Sequence record: NC_048747.1
Length of the DNA stretch: 64,000 nucleotides
Strand: one strand, 5' to 3'
Position 1 is the stretch's first letter. Each line of letters opens with the position of its first letter. The translations under genes and the position numbers were made by a program. This document shows positions 26,314 to 36,661 of the stretch, piece by piece. The notes beneath the pieces are model-generated. The model was not told the DNA's origin. It searched no databases and saw only the letters and a list, made by a program, of their open reading frames with translations.

Positions 26314-27549
26314 ATGTATCTTTACCGACGCTCTATCGGGGCTTATAAGGGAAGTCTGGCCGGTCTACAACCGCTTAAAATAGAGAACGCTAAGTTAAGC
26401 TCGGTTATGGAGAAAACACGAGCGTTGTTTATTACCGTGTGGGATGGTCTCTTGCTTAGAGAAATTACCATCGACATGACAGTCTATCGCTCTGAGGCGC
26501 TTTACTTTACCGGTACCATTCAGGACTGGTTAGATACCAAGGAACGCCAACCCTTAGAAGTCTATCTGGGTAAGATGGGTGAGACCTATCACTATGCTCG
26601 CATGGAAGACATGCAGATGGCGGGTTACACCTTATTACCAGGTCGTGCAGATTTTGCTGCTGGACGACAAGAAAAGATAACCTCTTCAGGTGCCGTGGAT
26701 TTACTAGTGAAACATCGCACTGCAAGTTCGCCGGATTACCGAAAGTTTAACAAGACGACGTTATTCACCTACAACGGTTATTTCATCCGCTCTATCGCAA
26801 GACCGGATGGGTTCTACCTATTGGGTGGTGGTCGCAACTTCCATATCGACGATTCCGGTCATGTGGGGGCTATCGATTTCAAAGGGATTACTTCTGTGGA
26901 AACCGAACCTTTTGAAATTGAACAACTGGACGTGGATGAGAAAGGACGATCGGTTCTGGTTACTGTGGACCGAGAAATCCTAGAAGAAACGGTCTGGTTC
27001 GTGATAGCGGGTAAACTAGTATGTGGTAGCCCTGCGATAACTAAAGTGGGACATAATAGCCTACGCTTGGATTTACGTGTTTTAGACTTAGGACGTTTAC
27101 TAGTTAAAGGTGCTAAGCATATCGACTTGGACAATATCGCAAATTGCCGTAGCGGTGTTGTCGAAGCGGAGCTCTTAGAGCGACCTGACGTGATAAAGGA
27201 TCTGTTAACTAACATTAACAGTTTCATTATCTATATGTCAAACCCGTACATGGGAGTGGATGTAGTTCCTTTGGAAAAATACACCTTCCCTACGACGTTT
27301 GCTACCAAGGATAAATTCCACCATCCAGTTATGTTATCGGATGGACGTTTTCCTACCTACCGACACCGTTTAGGTGCAGGTAGACGGTTGCTGGACTTTG
27401 ACGTAAGGTATATCGAAATCTCGACAGATTACTCTACTGGCTCTGATAACGGCGGTGGGTTGTTCCATGATAAGATCAACCAGTATGACCGCCACCGTAG
27501 TGTTGAAGCTTACCACTTCAAAATTTATTCGATATTTAAGGACATGTAA
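26314..27549 (+). CDS. Probable virion structural protein (phiKZ gp130-like position)
   Basis: GGAG RBS at 26301 supports the MYLYRRS start at 26314; divergent from the tail-fibre cluster. Confidence 0.55.
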   Translation: MYLYRRSIGAYKGSLAGLQPLKIENAKLSSVMEKTRALFITVWDGLLLREITIDMTVYRSEALYFTGTIQDWLDTKERQPLEVYLGKMGETYHYARMEDMQMAGYTLLPGRADFAAGRQEKITSSGAVDLLVKHRTASSPDYRKFNKTTLFTYNGYFIRSIARPDGFYLLGGGRNFHIDDSGHVGAIDFKGITSVETEPFEIEQLDVDEKGRSVLVTVDREILEETVWFVIAGKLVCGSPAITKVGHNSLRLDLRVLDLGRLLVKGAKHIDLDNIANCRSGVVEAELLERPDVIKDLLTNINSFIIYMSNPYMGVDVVPLEKYTFPTTFATKDKFHHPVMLSDGRFPTYRHRLGAGRRLLDFDVRYIEISTDYSTGSDNGGGLFHDKINQYDRHRSVEAYHFKIYSIFKDM

Positions 27550-27552
27550 ATT

Positions 27553-27942
27553 ATGCCTGACGCAGATAAAAGAATGACGTCGAGAACGATTCAGTTCGGC
27601 ACGATCGTTGGATTGTTGCTGCTGCTGATTGTTATTAGTTTGATGGAAACCTTCTCTAATAAGAACGATGGGATGTCAGAAGAGAGTATTGCTCAACTTG
27701 AAAACATCCTGGAAACCTTTAAACAGATCAACAAGGAATCCCGTCTTATTTTAGAAGAGAACCGTAAAAGTAATCTCGAGTTATCTCGATTCTTAGAGGA
27801 AAAGAAAGGCGTACGTCGAGAGACATACCAATCGATGATGGATGAATATCAACAAGAAATGAAAGGAGTGATACCTAGTGGGTCTATTGATGAAAGTCTT
27901 CAAGTGGATCCAGATATTAAAGAGCCTGGGCCTGAAGGTTAA
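27553..27942 (+). CDS. Putative i-spanin (Rz-like)
   Basis: Single N-terminal TM helix (FGTIVGLLLLLIVISLM) followed by a coiled coil. Confidence 0.55.
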   Translation: MPDADKRMTSRTIQFGTIVGLLLLLIVISLMETFSNKNDGMSEESIAQLENILETFKQINKESRLILEENRKSNLELSRFLEEKKGVRRETYQSMMDEYQQEMKGVIPSGSIDESLQVDPDIKEPGPEG

Positions 27943-28384
27943 TATAGGTTTACTGACCGTAGTTGTATTCGCGGTCTTACTTTTATCTGGGTGTTCAAGT
28001 AAACCTTCTTTTGAAGAAGGGAGTGCACAACTACGAGTCAATGCCGAAGTTGCAAAGATGGATGTGGTTCGCGCAAACATTGGTGCTTTAAGGAGTAGTG
28101 TCACGGACATCCCTCCGTACCTAAAAGAAAATCCGCCCAAACTCTCTCCAAGTGAATTGGGGATGTTACAAGCGTATTTGAGTTCAAACAAATGCGAAGG
28201 TGAGTTGATCGAGAAACGATGTCATTACGCTAGTGTGATCTATGCTATTGAACTCGCCAATCGTTCAGACACAAGATCTGAAGAACTCTATGGAGCTAAG
28301 GTTACGATTCAGTCATTGCTTAAAACGTTAGATCGTATTTACGCAATACTGCAACCCCCTCCACCAGACAGCGTAGAAGAATAA
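27878..28384 (+). CDS. Putative lipoprotein, o-spanin (Rz1-like)
   Basis: Hydrophobic signal with lipobox LLLSG-C; overlaps the 3' end of the preceding TM gene. Confidence 0.55.
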   Translation: MGLLMKVFKWIQILKSLGLKVNIGLLTVVVFAVLLLSGCSSKPSFEEGSAQLRVNAEVAKMDVVRANIGALRSSVTDIPPYLKENPPKLSPSELGMLQAYLSSNKCEGELIEKRCHYASVIYAIELANRSDTRSEELYGAKVTIQSLLKTLDRIYAILQPPPPDSVEE

Positions 28385-28391
28385 AGCGATA

Positions 28392-28425
28392 ATAACTCCC
28401 TACCCCGTTTGGGGTAGGGAGTTAT
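28392..28425. terminator. Bidirectional terminator hairpin, CCTAC family
   Basis: 15-bp perfect stem ATAACTCCCTACCCC/GGGGTAGGGAGTTAT. Confidence 0.75.
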
Positions 28426-28431
28426 ATTTAC

Positions 28432-28785
28432 TTATGGTTTTTGTGAGGGTGATGGATCAAGAAACCCACGTAAACGATCTTTGATGTTTACAGCGTTCTG
28501 ACTATCCGATGAGAATAGTAAGGACAACAGTTTGTTTACACTCATGTATTGCCAGGCAATGGCTACAGGACCAAAGACAAACAAAAAGATTGTCATGTCA
28601 CTAGGCCAACCTTTACCGGCATTTACAGAGGCAACAATAGAACTCATACCAGAGTATGAAACCCAACAGGTAGTGAGCACCGCAACGATACCACAAAATG
28701 TTCGGATACGAGTTCCCCACTTACCTAAAACCACGCCTTCCGCAGTATCTAAATGATCATTGCGTTCAGGTATTTTTTGTGTCAT
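28432..28785 (-). CDS. Small two-TM membrane protein, putative holin
   Basis: Start MTQKIPERN at 28785 with GAGG RBS; two hydrophobic segments; polar C-terminus. Confidence 0.45.
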   Translation of the reverse strand: MTQKIPERNDHLDTAEGVVLGKWGTRIRTFCGIVAVLTTCWVSYSGMSSIVASVNAGKGWPSDMTIFLFVFGPVAIAWQYMSVNKLLSLLFSSDSQNAVNIKDRLRGFLDPSPSQKP

Positions 28786-29368
28786 GGAATTTACCTCGGT
28801 CTTTAGCGATACGTTCACACACATTTAAGTTTATCGCTATAGCATCGATCGAGTGTTCATCCAACACATCTAAGTCGTGTCCGTTAAGGTCGATGTTCTC
28901 GTATTTCTTAATGCCTTTGGTCACGTCTTCTTTTTGAGTGCCCTTGAAGTTAGCTCCAACGGTTTCCTTAGCCGCTCGAGGTGGGACGTTTACCATGTAA
29001 AGTCCGTTACCATAACTTTCAGTTTCGGTACGCAGCAATGAGACCGCTTCGATAAGTCGCTTAAAGGTGTCTGGGGACGCCCCTAAGAAGTTATCTTCAC
29101 ACGCTGCTATCGTAGGGTTAAAGAAGTCTAATAGTTTACGGTACGCTTTAGACAGTCCCAGAATACGGGATTGTACTGCACCGTCATCGTCATAGTTCGT
29201 TGAACCGAAGTGTTCTTGTTTGTCACCATGGATGGTTTCCACCCATTGTAACTTGAAACGCTCAGGTTGTTGAAGGTTGACGTCGATAATAGACATACCC
29301 ATCCGAGATGTGGATGGGTCTATCGCTATGGAACGGATCCACCCATCGGGTAGAGGGAGTGTTTCCAT
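28766..29368 (-). CDS. ruvC: RuvC-like Holliday junction resolvase
   Basis: IAIDPST (D7), ACED (E66), QKEDV, HSIDAIAI (D138/D141 region). Confidence 0.75.
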   Translation of the reverse strand: METLPLPDGWIRSIAIDPSTSRMGMSIIDVNLQQPERFKLQWVETIHGDKQEHFGSTNYDDDGAVQSRILGLSKAYRKLLDFFNPTIAACEDNFLGASPDTFKRLIEAVSLLRTETESYGNGLYMVNVPPRAAKETVGANFKGTQKEDVTKGIKKYENIDLNGHDLDVLDEHSIDAIAINLNVCERIAKDRGKFHDTKNT

Positions 29369-30282
29369 TATTCCTCAAGTAACATTGGGTAAGCGGCACC
29401 CAAGTCATATTTAAGGACGATGTCGCCGTTAGAGTTAGCATCACGAGCGTGACGTTCTGATACCACGTATTGAGTTACAGCAGAGATCAACTCTTTGTGA
29501 CGGAATGTTGTACCGCCAGGACCTTGACCTTCAGTAGTAGACTCGATGCCCCAAACGATTTGGTATTCTGATACCGCGGCTAGAGAAGGGTCACCAAACA
29601 TCAAACGACATACGTTACGGAGTTCTTCTAATGCTGTGCCGTTTAATGACAAGTCCATAAGACCAGAAGACAACAAATACGTGTTGGCTAGCGGAACGGT
29701 GCCATCTGAAGACAAAGCAATCGGAGACGGGTTTAGAGACTCTGGACGATACACGTAATCGATTGGTACTTCGTTGCCAGTAGATGGATTGCGGTAAGCA
29801 CGTTTAGTCTTAGGATTAAACTCACTCATCCCAGTCTTCATTAACCAGTATAGTGCGGTAGGGACACCATCCAGGATTTGAACTGTACGTAGACGGTATT
29901 TGTCACGTTCTTGTTCTGTTAAGTCATCATCCAGAGGTCGAGCACACAAAGGAATAGAGTAGAACAAGTTTTGGTCAAACGGTTGGTGTTGGTTAGTGTA
30001 GTTCACTGGTACGTTAGTAACCGGGTGATTACCAACAACCTGATAACCTTTAATACCCACACCAAAATAACCTAACACGAAGTCTTGACCGTTTTTAACA
30101 CCTAGTGAATTATTTACTTCTATTTCGTGGTGTTCGTTCAAAGTTGTGTTAGGTGGAATGTTAAGTGATTTGTTAGTCGCCTTAGCGATCATGATGTTCG
30201 TACCCATAGGTTGAGTAGACACCATCTGTGCCGGAACGCGAGAGTTATCTGATTCTCGGATCAGGTCGTTTTGGTTAGCCAT
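29368..30282 (-). CDS. Probable virion structural protein
   Basis: 304 aa; syntenic with the phiKZ-type portal-adjacent structural genes. Confidence 0.55.
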   Translation of the reverse strand: MANQNDLIRESDNSRVPAQMVSTQPMGTNIMIAKATNKSLNIPPNTTLNEHHEIEVNNSLGVKNGQDFVLGYFGVGIKGYQVVGNHPVTNVPVNYTNQHQPFDQNLFYSIPLCARPLDDDLTEQERDKYRLRTVQILDGVPTALYWLMKTGMSEFNPKTKRAYRNPSTGNEVPIDYVYRPESLNPSPIALSSDGTVPLANTYLLSSGLMDLSLNGTALEELRNVCRLMFGDPSLAAVSEYQIVWGIESTTEGQGPGGTTFRHKELISAVTQYVVSERHARDANSNGDIVLKYDLGAAYPMLLEE

Positions 30283-30342
30283 GTGTAGAGATCCTTTTTG
30301 ATCAAATTGTAATGGTTATCATACCATTAGGGATTTAGTAAA

Positions 30343-32454
30343 TTAGTACGCCCAGGTTGCTTCTCTGATACCGACATGATGAGGGATCTTGAGGTTGGCA
30401 ACATTGTCACGCGGAATTTCTTGGATATTGATATCTATCTCACCTTTAACGTAATCCGAACAACTGGACACCAGGGTTTCGTGATGGTTACGGTTATCGA
30501 TCTGAATGAGGTATTCATTGAGACCAGCTAACGGTACCGCATGGATATCTACAGGAACTATTGGGTTGACTAAATAGTCCCCCACGTTACTCATGTAGTT
30601 ATCTCCGGTCAGACCTAAGTGTACTGCATCTTTGTTTTCGGCAGTAGTGTTACCATCATCAATATCTTTCAATATCTGAATGGTGTAAGAACTTAAGTCG
30701 GTCATTAACGAAACTAAGTTGGATTGGATTTGTCTAAGTGAGACCACGCCTTTGATGTCCCAACCCGTTGCCTTAGTGAAGATCTCCCAACACAACTCAA
30801 TCAGTTCAGACTTAGAATAATGAGCTAAGTGGAGTTCTTTATCATCCAACCACGATTGTGTTGTAGGGTAAACCTCAGGATCGTGTAACCAGTAAACACC
30901 GTGATCGTACAAACGACGAACACACTCTTTAGTGTAGGCGTGTTGGTAAAGCTCATCGTGTTGAGAGTAGATCTTCTTAGCTTTCCACTTTGCTTGATGG
31001 ATTTCAAAGCATTGATCGAAGAAAGTGTCAGGAGAGATTACTTTGAGTGTAGGTACCCATTGCTTACGAATATCCGTCACCACGAAATCATGGAGCTGAG
31101 GAGCTGGACCAGCCGCTCGGAAGGTTTCCCAGTCACGAAGTTTCTTAGTCATCACCCACTGGAACCAGAAAGGATCAATGGCGTCCACTGGTGTACCTAG
31201 GTAAGACCTGAGCAACAACTGCCAGTAGATCAAAGCGTCGGTGGTGTTGAGTCGAATATGGTTACCGTTTAGAGGATCCACGAAATCCACAATCGATTCA
31301 TACAGTTTGTGCTTCGACATGTAAATCCATTCATGGAACAATGTCTTCATCAACGTGTCATCGTGACGGTTGGTGTAGTCTTCCATGGTAGAGTCTAACA
31401 CTTTAGTGCTAAGATCGTTAAATATCGCTTCTTTGGATTCAGGTTCCACTAACACTTCATGGTAAGCACGAAGTGTGGAGTTATCCCTCGCCATAGGTTC
31501 TTCTAAGGTGAGAAGTTGTTTGTTGGTGAAACGCTCTCCGGTGTCGTATTCGAGCTCTTTGAAGTTGAGACGTTCTTTGGTGAACAACCCTTCAGGTTGA
31601 CCTTGTTCTTCTTCCATTTTCTCTGTATTAATAAGAGAGCGGTAATGGAAGATAGGGATTGACTCAGGTGTCAACAAGTTATCGATGAGTTGTTCAAGGG
31701 TAAAGTTCTTACCCAAGTTATTACGCAAGTATTCAATGTTGCGGTATAACCACATCTTTTGTTTATCACCGAGTCCAGCTCGATAAGTCCGGAAGTCCCC
31801 ATAAGAGTTCAGACGGTTCCAAACATGGTAGTCTGACACGTTACGTGTACCGAATGCTTCCAATCGTAGTATCAATACCAGAGGAATCATAAGTCCGTAC
31901 ATCGTTGCTAAATCTATAGGGAGTTGTAAGTTTTCAGTATGGATGTAATCACTTTTAAAGTGACGCTGAGTATAAGCGTTAATCCATCTTTGCAGTCCAG
32001 GAATCAACTGATCTTCATTCGATTCGATAAGATCTTTATTGTATCGTAAGATCTTATAGTCTTCGGCTGTGATGGCGGTTTCCATATCAATGGGGTCCAT
32101 AATCCCGTTGATTAGATCGATTTGACCAGGGAACTGTTCAGTCAATCGTTTATACCAGTAAGTTCCAGGTTGGTAAGCTCGACGAGTTGCCAAGTGAATA
32201 TCCAAGCTCGACTTACTAAATAGTATTTGGTCTCCATTATCAATAGAGACCACGTACATGGGTTCATCAGTCTCATGGTATTCCCCGGTCATATTTAGAT
32301 AATAACGCCACTTGCGCTTATCTTCAGACACCGGGTACCCCGCTTCTGCGAGGAGACGGTTATCGGTGACGCCGATGGCTTCACATTTGATAACCAAGGT
32401 ACGCATTAAACTGAGTACGCTCTCCACGTGGGCGTTAAATTCAATATTTTCCAT
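30343..32454 (-). CDS. Probable virion structural protein (baseplate region)
   Basis: 703 aa; divergent from the portal as in phiKZ-like genomes. Confidence 0.55.
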   Translation of the reverse strand: MENIEFNAHVESVLSLMRTLVIKCEAIGVTDNRLLAEAGYPVSEDKRKWRYYLNMTGEYHETDEPMYVVSIDNGDQILFSKSSLDIHLATRRAYQPGTYWYKRLTEQFPGQIDLINGIMDPIDMETAITAEDYKILRYNKDLIESNEDQLIPGLQRWINAYTQRHFKSDYIHTENLQLPIDLATMYGLMIPLVLILRLEAFGTRNVSDYHVWNRLNSYGDFRTYRAGLGDKQKMWLYRNIEYLRNNLGKNFTLEQLIDNLLTPESIPIFHYRSLINTEKMEEEQGQPEGLFTKERLNFKELEYDTGERFTNKQLLTLEEPMARDNSTLRAYHEVLVEPESKEAIFNDLSTKVLDSTMEDYTNRHDDTLMKTLFHEWIYMSKHKLYESIVDFVDPLNGNHIRLNTTDALIYWQLLLRSYLGTPVDAIDPFWFQWVMTKKLRDWETFRAAGPAPQLHDFVVTDIRKQWVPTLKVISPDTFFDQCFEIHQAKWKAKKIYSQHDELYQHAYTKECVRRLYDHGVYWLHDPEVYPTTQSWLDDKELHLAHYSKSELIELCWEIFTKATGWDIKGVVSLRQIQSNLVSLMTDLSSYTIQILKDIDDGNTTAENKDAVHLGLTGDNYMSNVGDYLVNPIVPVDIHAVPLAGLNEYLIQIDNRNHHETLVSSCSDYVKGEIDINIQEIPRDNVANLKIPHHVGIREATWAY

Positions 32455-32474
32455 AGTTTATCCAAGAGGGTGTT

Positions 32475-35387
32475 ATGACAGGAACGAGAGGTAATACTCG
32501 AACCGATCTTACGAAACTTCGTAAATCGCTAACGCACGTCCCTAAACCTTTAGAAGCTATTCTTAACGTTCGAGTAGCGGAAACAAGATCTACTGGTACC
32601 GGGACAGAAGAAGAACAATTACGTCGTGTAGAAGGTCGTAAGCTAAAGAGCTTAGGCGATATCATTGCTAATACGATCAACGCTACGGTAGATTTAAAGA
32701 AAATCACGCCGTACATCACTAAAGCTGAGGTGATTTGGAAGACGTTGATACTGCATCCTAACGGCGCAACCAAAAACATCCTTACCTACGATTCTAACTC
32801 GAGTCAGTTTAAGAACACCAAACTTCATGAAAGTTTGTTAAAAGTCTTAAGTGAGTACTACACCAACGACTATAAAATCGAGGACGAATTACCTCAAATG
32901 GTTTCGGACTTGCTTGTAGGTAGTGGTAGTTACGTTAAGCTTAACATCACACGACCTGCGCTCGATAACATCATCAACGGCAATCAACTCGTTGAAGGTA
33001 ATGAGTCGTTCTCTAAACAGACCTACCGTCAAGAAATTGAATCGGAGATGGATAAGGTGTTTAAAGAATCTACGGTTGGTAGTCGCAAGATGCGTCTGGC
33101 TCGCAATATCGGGTTTGTATCGGATCCAAGCAAGAAGGACGTAGGTGGTTTAGAATCTATCTGGGGCGAAGAAAAAACTGAGGAATACGAGTTCCCTATC
33201 GTCTCTCCAGAGTTTGGCATTACGGTAACGGATAACGTTAGCGTACTGGCAATGCAAAACATGCGCCAGCGTATCAAAGAACGTTTGTCGAACATCGAAG
33301 GCAATGAGTCAATCAGTAACTATATCAATAACCGACTCAATAAGACTGATGAACTCAACGCTGGAGCTAAGAAGAAAAAGACTAAGCAACCTAATCCGGG
33401 AGCTAAGACTAAGAACCTTAACTTAGCCCAACAAGAAGCTTTACAACAAGTCATGCCGGGTGAACGCAGTTACCCAACTAAAGCTGCTCAGTCGATTCGT
33501 AACCCTAGGGTTTATTCTCAAGCTCCATGGGGAACGCCGTTAGGTTATCATTTACCAAGTGAATGTTTCATTCCTATTCACGTACATGGTGATGTTAAAC
33601 GTCTACGTGGTGGCTACGCGCTGATTGATGAGAATGGTGAATTCCTGAAAATGAGTAAGGATTACCAGTTCTACCAATCACTGAGTGCACAAGCCAATAA
33701 GATCGACGATAAACCTTCTGGTACAGACACTAACACTTTGATTGCTAACTTACGTAAGGTACAGCAAGGTGGTGAGTGTGATTTCGATATGAGTCAGTTC
33801 GCGATGATTGCGAAAAACCAAATCGAGAAAGAACTGTATCAAGCGGTGTGGTCTGGTGGTGATGGTGAAGATCTTTCTATTGACTTAGAAGAAGACGTAC
33901 TGAAACTATTCTTGGAGCGTGCATTCCAACAACAACGCACTCGGGTACTGTACATCCCTGAATGTTACTTTACTTACATGGCGTTCCAATATAACCGATT
34001 AGGTATTGGTGAATCTTTAACAACACAAGCTAAAGACTTCATCGCACGTTTGGCGGCTTTGGATGTTGCGGATGCTTTGGCTCAGTTGGATAACGCTCAA
34101 ACTCGTAATGAGTTGGTAGTAGCACTAGAATCTCAAGACACTGACCCTGATCTAACGATCTCTATGGCTCGTTATGAGTTCTTTAAGTCTAACCCTACCG
34201 TTCATAACCTGATCTCCACAGGTACACTCTCCATGCCGATGATTGTGGATGCTCTTAAAGAACAATCCCTTCTTATCCGTGTGGAAGCAGGTGATAACAA
34301 ATTCGTTACTGCTCCGCAGATGCAGTTAAACCAAATTGATCGTACTGGGTTTAAACGTGTTGATGAAGACTCACGTCAGTATTTGTTGGCTTCTATCGCT
34401 AACACCTTTGGTTTACCTCGTAGCTGGTTGGACGAACGTGATGAGAACGGTAACAACTTCCAGATTGAAGCTCTGGCTGAGCAAGAAACGTTATGTAACC
34501 AAACGATCATGTATCAGTCTCAATTAGCGAAGATGTTGAGTGACGTTATTCGTAAAAACCTAATGGTTAACGAACAGGTCATGAACCGTTTGATTGACGT
34601 TATTCTAGAAGCTCCTCGTAAGATCTGGACACCAGATTCTAAGGAACAGATCAAAGGTAACGAGAAAGAGAAAGCGATGATCATTCTGAATGACTTTATT
34701 CAGAACTTCTACGTGGAACTTCCTCGTCCTACTACCATGGAATCGGTAACTAAGATCAAAGAGAAAATGGAGTTGGCGGAAGAGTGGTCTCTTAAAGTAG
34801 TGGAGATGTCTGCGGCTAAAGGTATCATGGGTCCACTATTGAGTCGCATGAATATCGATACCGAACGTTTAGCTCCAGACGAACTAGAAGCTCAGTTCGC
34901 TGCGGTTATTCGTTTCCGTGCATTCAAACTGTTTAACGTTCCTACCCCGTTCGATGACATCATGAACAAAGGTAAAGAAGGTGGTATGTACTCATTGCTC
35001 AACGAACTCGATTACTTTAACGAGAACTTGGGCCACTTCATGATCGAGTACATGAAACAATTTGATGACCGAATCGAGCGCTTGATGAAAGCCATGCCAA
35101 AACCCGAGACCGAATTCCAGGAAGGTGAGGGGGATGACCCTCTAGCTGTCCCAGGAGAAGGGGAAGGTGAAGAGTTAGAAGAAGCTACAGACGGTGAAGA
35201 ATTCACCGATGATTTTGAAGAAGAGTCATTTGATGACGAACTTTCAGAAGAAACTGAGGAAACTGAACTCGACGAAGAGTCAGAAGAACTTTCAGAAGAA
35301 GAGGAAGGTTTAGAAGAATCTGAAGATCTCGAAGGAGAGACTGAAGAGGAAGAAGAACCTGACGAACTGGAAGATCCAAAAGACTAA
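32475..35387 (+). CDS. Probable portal protein
   Basis: 970 aa; synteny with phiKZ gp129; LPSECFIPIHVHG..GGYALIDENG region; G-x-E processing motifs; acidic C-terminal tail. Confidence 0.6.
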   Translation: MTGTRGNTRTDLTKLRKSLTHVPKPLEAILNVRVAETRSTGTGTEEEQLRRVEGRKLKSLGDIIANTINATVDLKKITPYITKAEVIWKTLILHPNGATKNILTYDSNSSQFKNTKLHESLLKVLSEYYTNDYKIEDELPQMVSDLLVGSGSYVKLNITRPALDNIINGNQLVEGNESFSKQTYRQEIESEMDKVFKESTVGSRKMRLARNIGFVSDPSKKDVGGLESIWGEEKTEEYEFPIVSPEFGITVTDNVSVLAMQNMRQRIKERLSNIEGNESISNYINNRLNKTDELNAGAKKKKTKQPNPGAKTKNLNLAQQEALQQVMPGERSYPTKAAQSIRNPRVYSQAPWGTPLGYHLPSECFIPIHVHGDVKRLRGGYALIDENGEFLKMSKDYQFYQSLSAQANKIDDKPSGTDTNTLIANLRKVQQGGECDFDMSQFAMIAKNQIEKELYQAVWSGGDGEDLSIDLEEDVLKLFLERAFQQQRTRVLYIPECYFTYMAFQYNRLGIGESLTTQAKDFIARLAALDVADALAQLDNAQTRNELVVALESQDTDPDLTISMARYEFFKSNPTVHNLISTGTLSMPMIVDALKEQSLLIRVEAGDNKFVTAPQMQLNQIDRTGFKRVDEDSRQYLLASIANTFGLPRSWLDERDENGNNFQIEALAEQETLCNQTIMYQSQLAKMLSDVIRKNLMVNEQVMNRLIDVILEAPRKIWTPDSKEQIKGNEKEKAMIILNDFIQNFYVELPRPTTMESVTKIKEKMELAEEWSLKVVEMSAAKGIMGPLLSRMNIDTERLAPDELEAQFAAVIRFRAFKLFNVPTPFDDIMNKGKEGGMYSLLNELDYFNENLGHFMIEYMKQFDDRIERLMKAMPKPETEFQEGEGDDPLAVPGEGEGEELEEATDGEEFTDDFEEESFDDELSEETEETELDEESEELSEEEEGLEESEDLEGETEEEEEPDELEDPKD

Positions 35388-35404
35388 AAAATAAAGCAAC
35401 CTTT

Positions 35405-35438
35405 AATACCTACCATCCCGTTGGGGATGGTAGGTATT
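35405..35438. terminator. Bidirectional terminator hairpin, CCTAC family
   Basis: 15-bp perfect stem AATACCTACCATCCC/GGGATGGTAGGTATT. Confidence 0.75.
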
Positions 35439-35440
35439 AT

Positions 35441-35833
35441 TTACTTTTTCATTGAAACGTAAGCAGTGTATAACGCATCCAAGTGACCGAAGAACTTGAA
35501 GTTATGATCACCTAGGAGATGGAAGTGGTCATAAGCGCGTTTCAGTAATCGCTCTCGATTACCACACAGATGAAACCACCATAGAAAAACCACGCTGACG
35601 TTATGAGTGAGTTCCGCGTCTCCACGGTACCAGCCTTTATCGTAAAGCACGTTTTTACACATCACTAACGAAGGATGACAATAATCGTCAGGAATGTTTT
35701 CCTCAACCAACAACTTATTTAGTCGGGGTTTAAAGTCTTGAATGTCACCCAAAGTAAACGCTTCTTTAAGAAACGGGATTGAGTGTGGTACGACTTCAAT
35801 GCTCATTGGACTCGACCTTATTAGAATAGACAA
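35441..35833 (-). CDS. Hypothetical protein
   Basis: 130 aa ORF. Confidence 0.6.
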   Translation of the reverse strand: MSILIRSSPMSIEVVPHSIPFLKEAFTLGDIQDFKPRLNKLLVEENIPDDYCHPSLVMCKNVLYDKGWYRGDAELTHNVSVVFLWWFHLCGNRERLLKRAYDHFHLLGDHNFKFFGHLDALYTAYVSMKK

Positions 35834-35886
35834 AAAAATTAATTAGTAAGATGTTACGGGCTTTCACCCATAACATCTTTATCTAT

Positions 35887-36192
35887 TTATTTCTCTACTT
35901 CATCAGAATCATCACCAGACCCAAATATAGAGTTAGCGAGAGCTCCAGTGATGGTAGCTGTAGCGGCACCCATAAGGAGACCTTTAATGGTGTCTCGGAC
36001 CGGCGTGATTTCTTCATCTTCTGGACGAGGTTCCGAAGACGTAGAGTAAATGATTGAGTTGATTGCACCGCTCACCACACCAGTTCCAGAATTGGTGATT
36101 AGACCACCAATTGCTGAACCGATTAACCCACCACTTAAAGTAGAGGTATTGATGTAATAAGTTTTTGAAAACTCTTTGCTTGTTTCTTCCAT
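35887..36192 (-). CDS. Small glycine-zipper membrane protein
   Basis: SGGLIGSAIGG and KGLLMGAAT hydrophobic helices; likely start MEETSK at 36192. Confidence 0.65.
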   Translation of the reverse strand: MEETSKEFSKTYYINTSTLSGGLIGSAIGGLITNSGTGVVSGAINSIIYSTSSEPRPEDEEITPVRDTIKGLLMGAATATITGALANSIFGSGDDSDEVEK

Positions 36193-36193
36193 G

Positions 36194-36661
36194 TTACTCT
36201 TCACTCTCAGTTACTGTTTCTGTTACAGTCTTAATTACGTCGTCAGAATCATGTGATTCATCTGACCCGATGTTAGCGTAAGCGAGCGCTTCGCTAACAA
36301 GTGCGCTAGAAGCAAATCCAGCAAGTAAACCTTTTGCCACATCTTTAAGTGGTTCTGGTTCACCTTTAGCTGCCATCCAGCTAGCCGCTACTGAAGCACC
36401 TGCACCAGTGCAAAAACCGCCGATAGATTTAGTGCGGGCTGCGCCTACACCAGCACCAATAAGACCACCTGCTAGGGTGTAAAGATTAAAGCCAGTTTTG
36501 GTTTCTTCATTAGCTTCGGCTTCTTTAACTTCAGGTTCGTCTTTGACATGTTCCGGAGCTGGATTAACTACCGCTTCATTCTTACCAATTACCGGTTTTT
36601 CGAAATCGTCAGTAATGATAGGTTGGCTTTGAGTTTCTTGAGCTTTGTTAGAGTTAGACAT
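36194..36661 (-). CDS. Glycine-zipper membrane protein, paralog of 35887..36192
   Basis: AGGLIGAGVGAA and KGLLAGFAS; AAGGAAA RBS favours the MSNSNK start at 36661. Confidence 0.7.
   Translation of the reverse strand: MSNSNKAQETQSQPIITDDFEKPVIGKNEAVVNPAPEHVKDEPEVKEAEANEETKTGFNLYTLAGGLIGAGVGAARTKSIGGFCTGAGASVAASWMAAKGEPEPLKDVAKGLLAGFASSALVSEALAYANIGSDESHDSDDVIKTVTETVTESEE

Noticed and set aside
35100-35387. GAA-rich tandem repeat or assembly artefact
   Set aside because: Encodes an in-frame acidic tail with varied codons; no exact tandem unit
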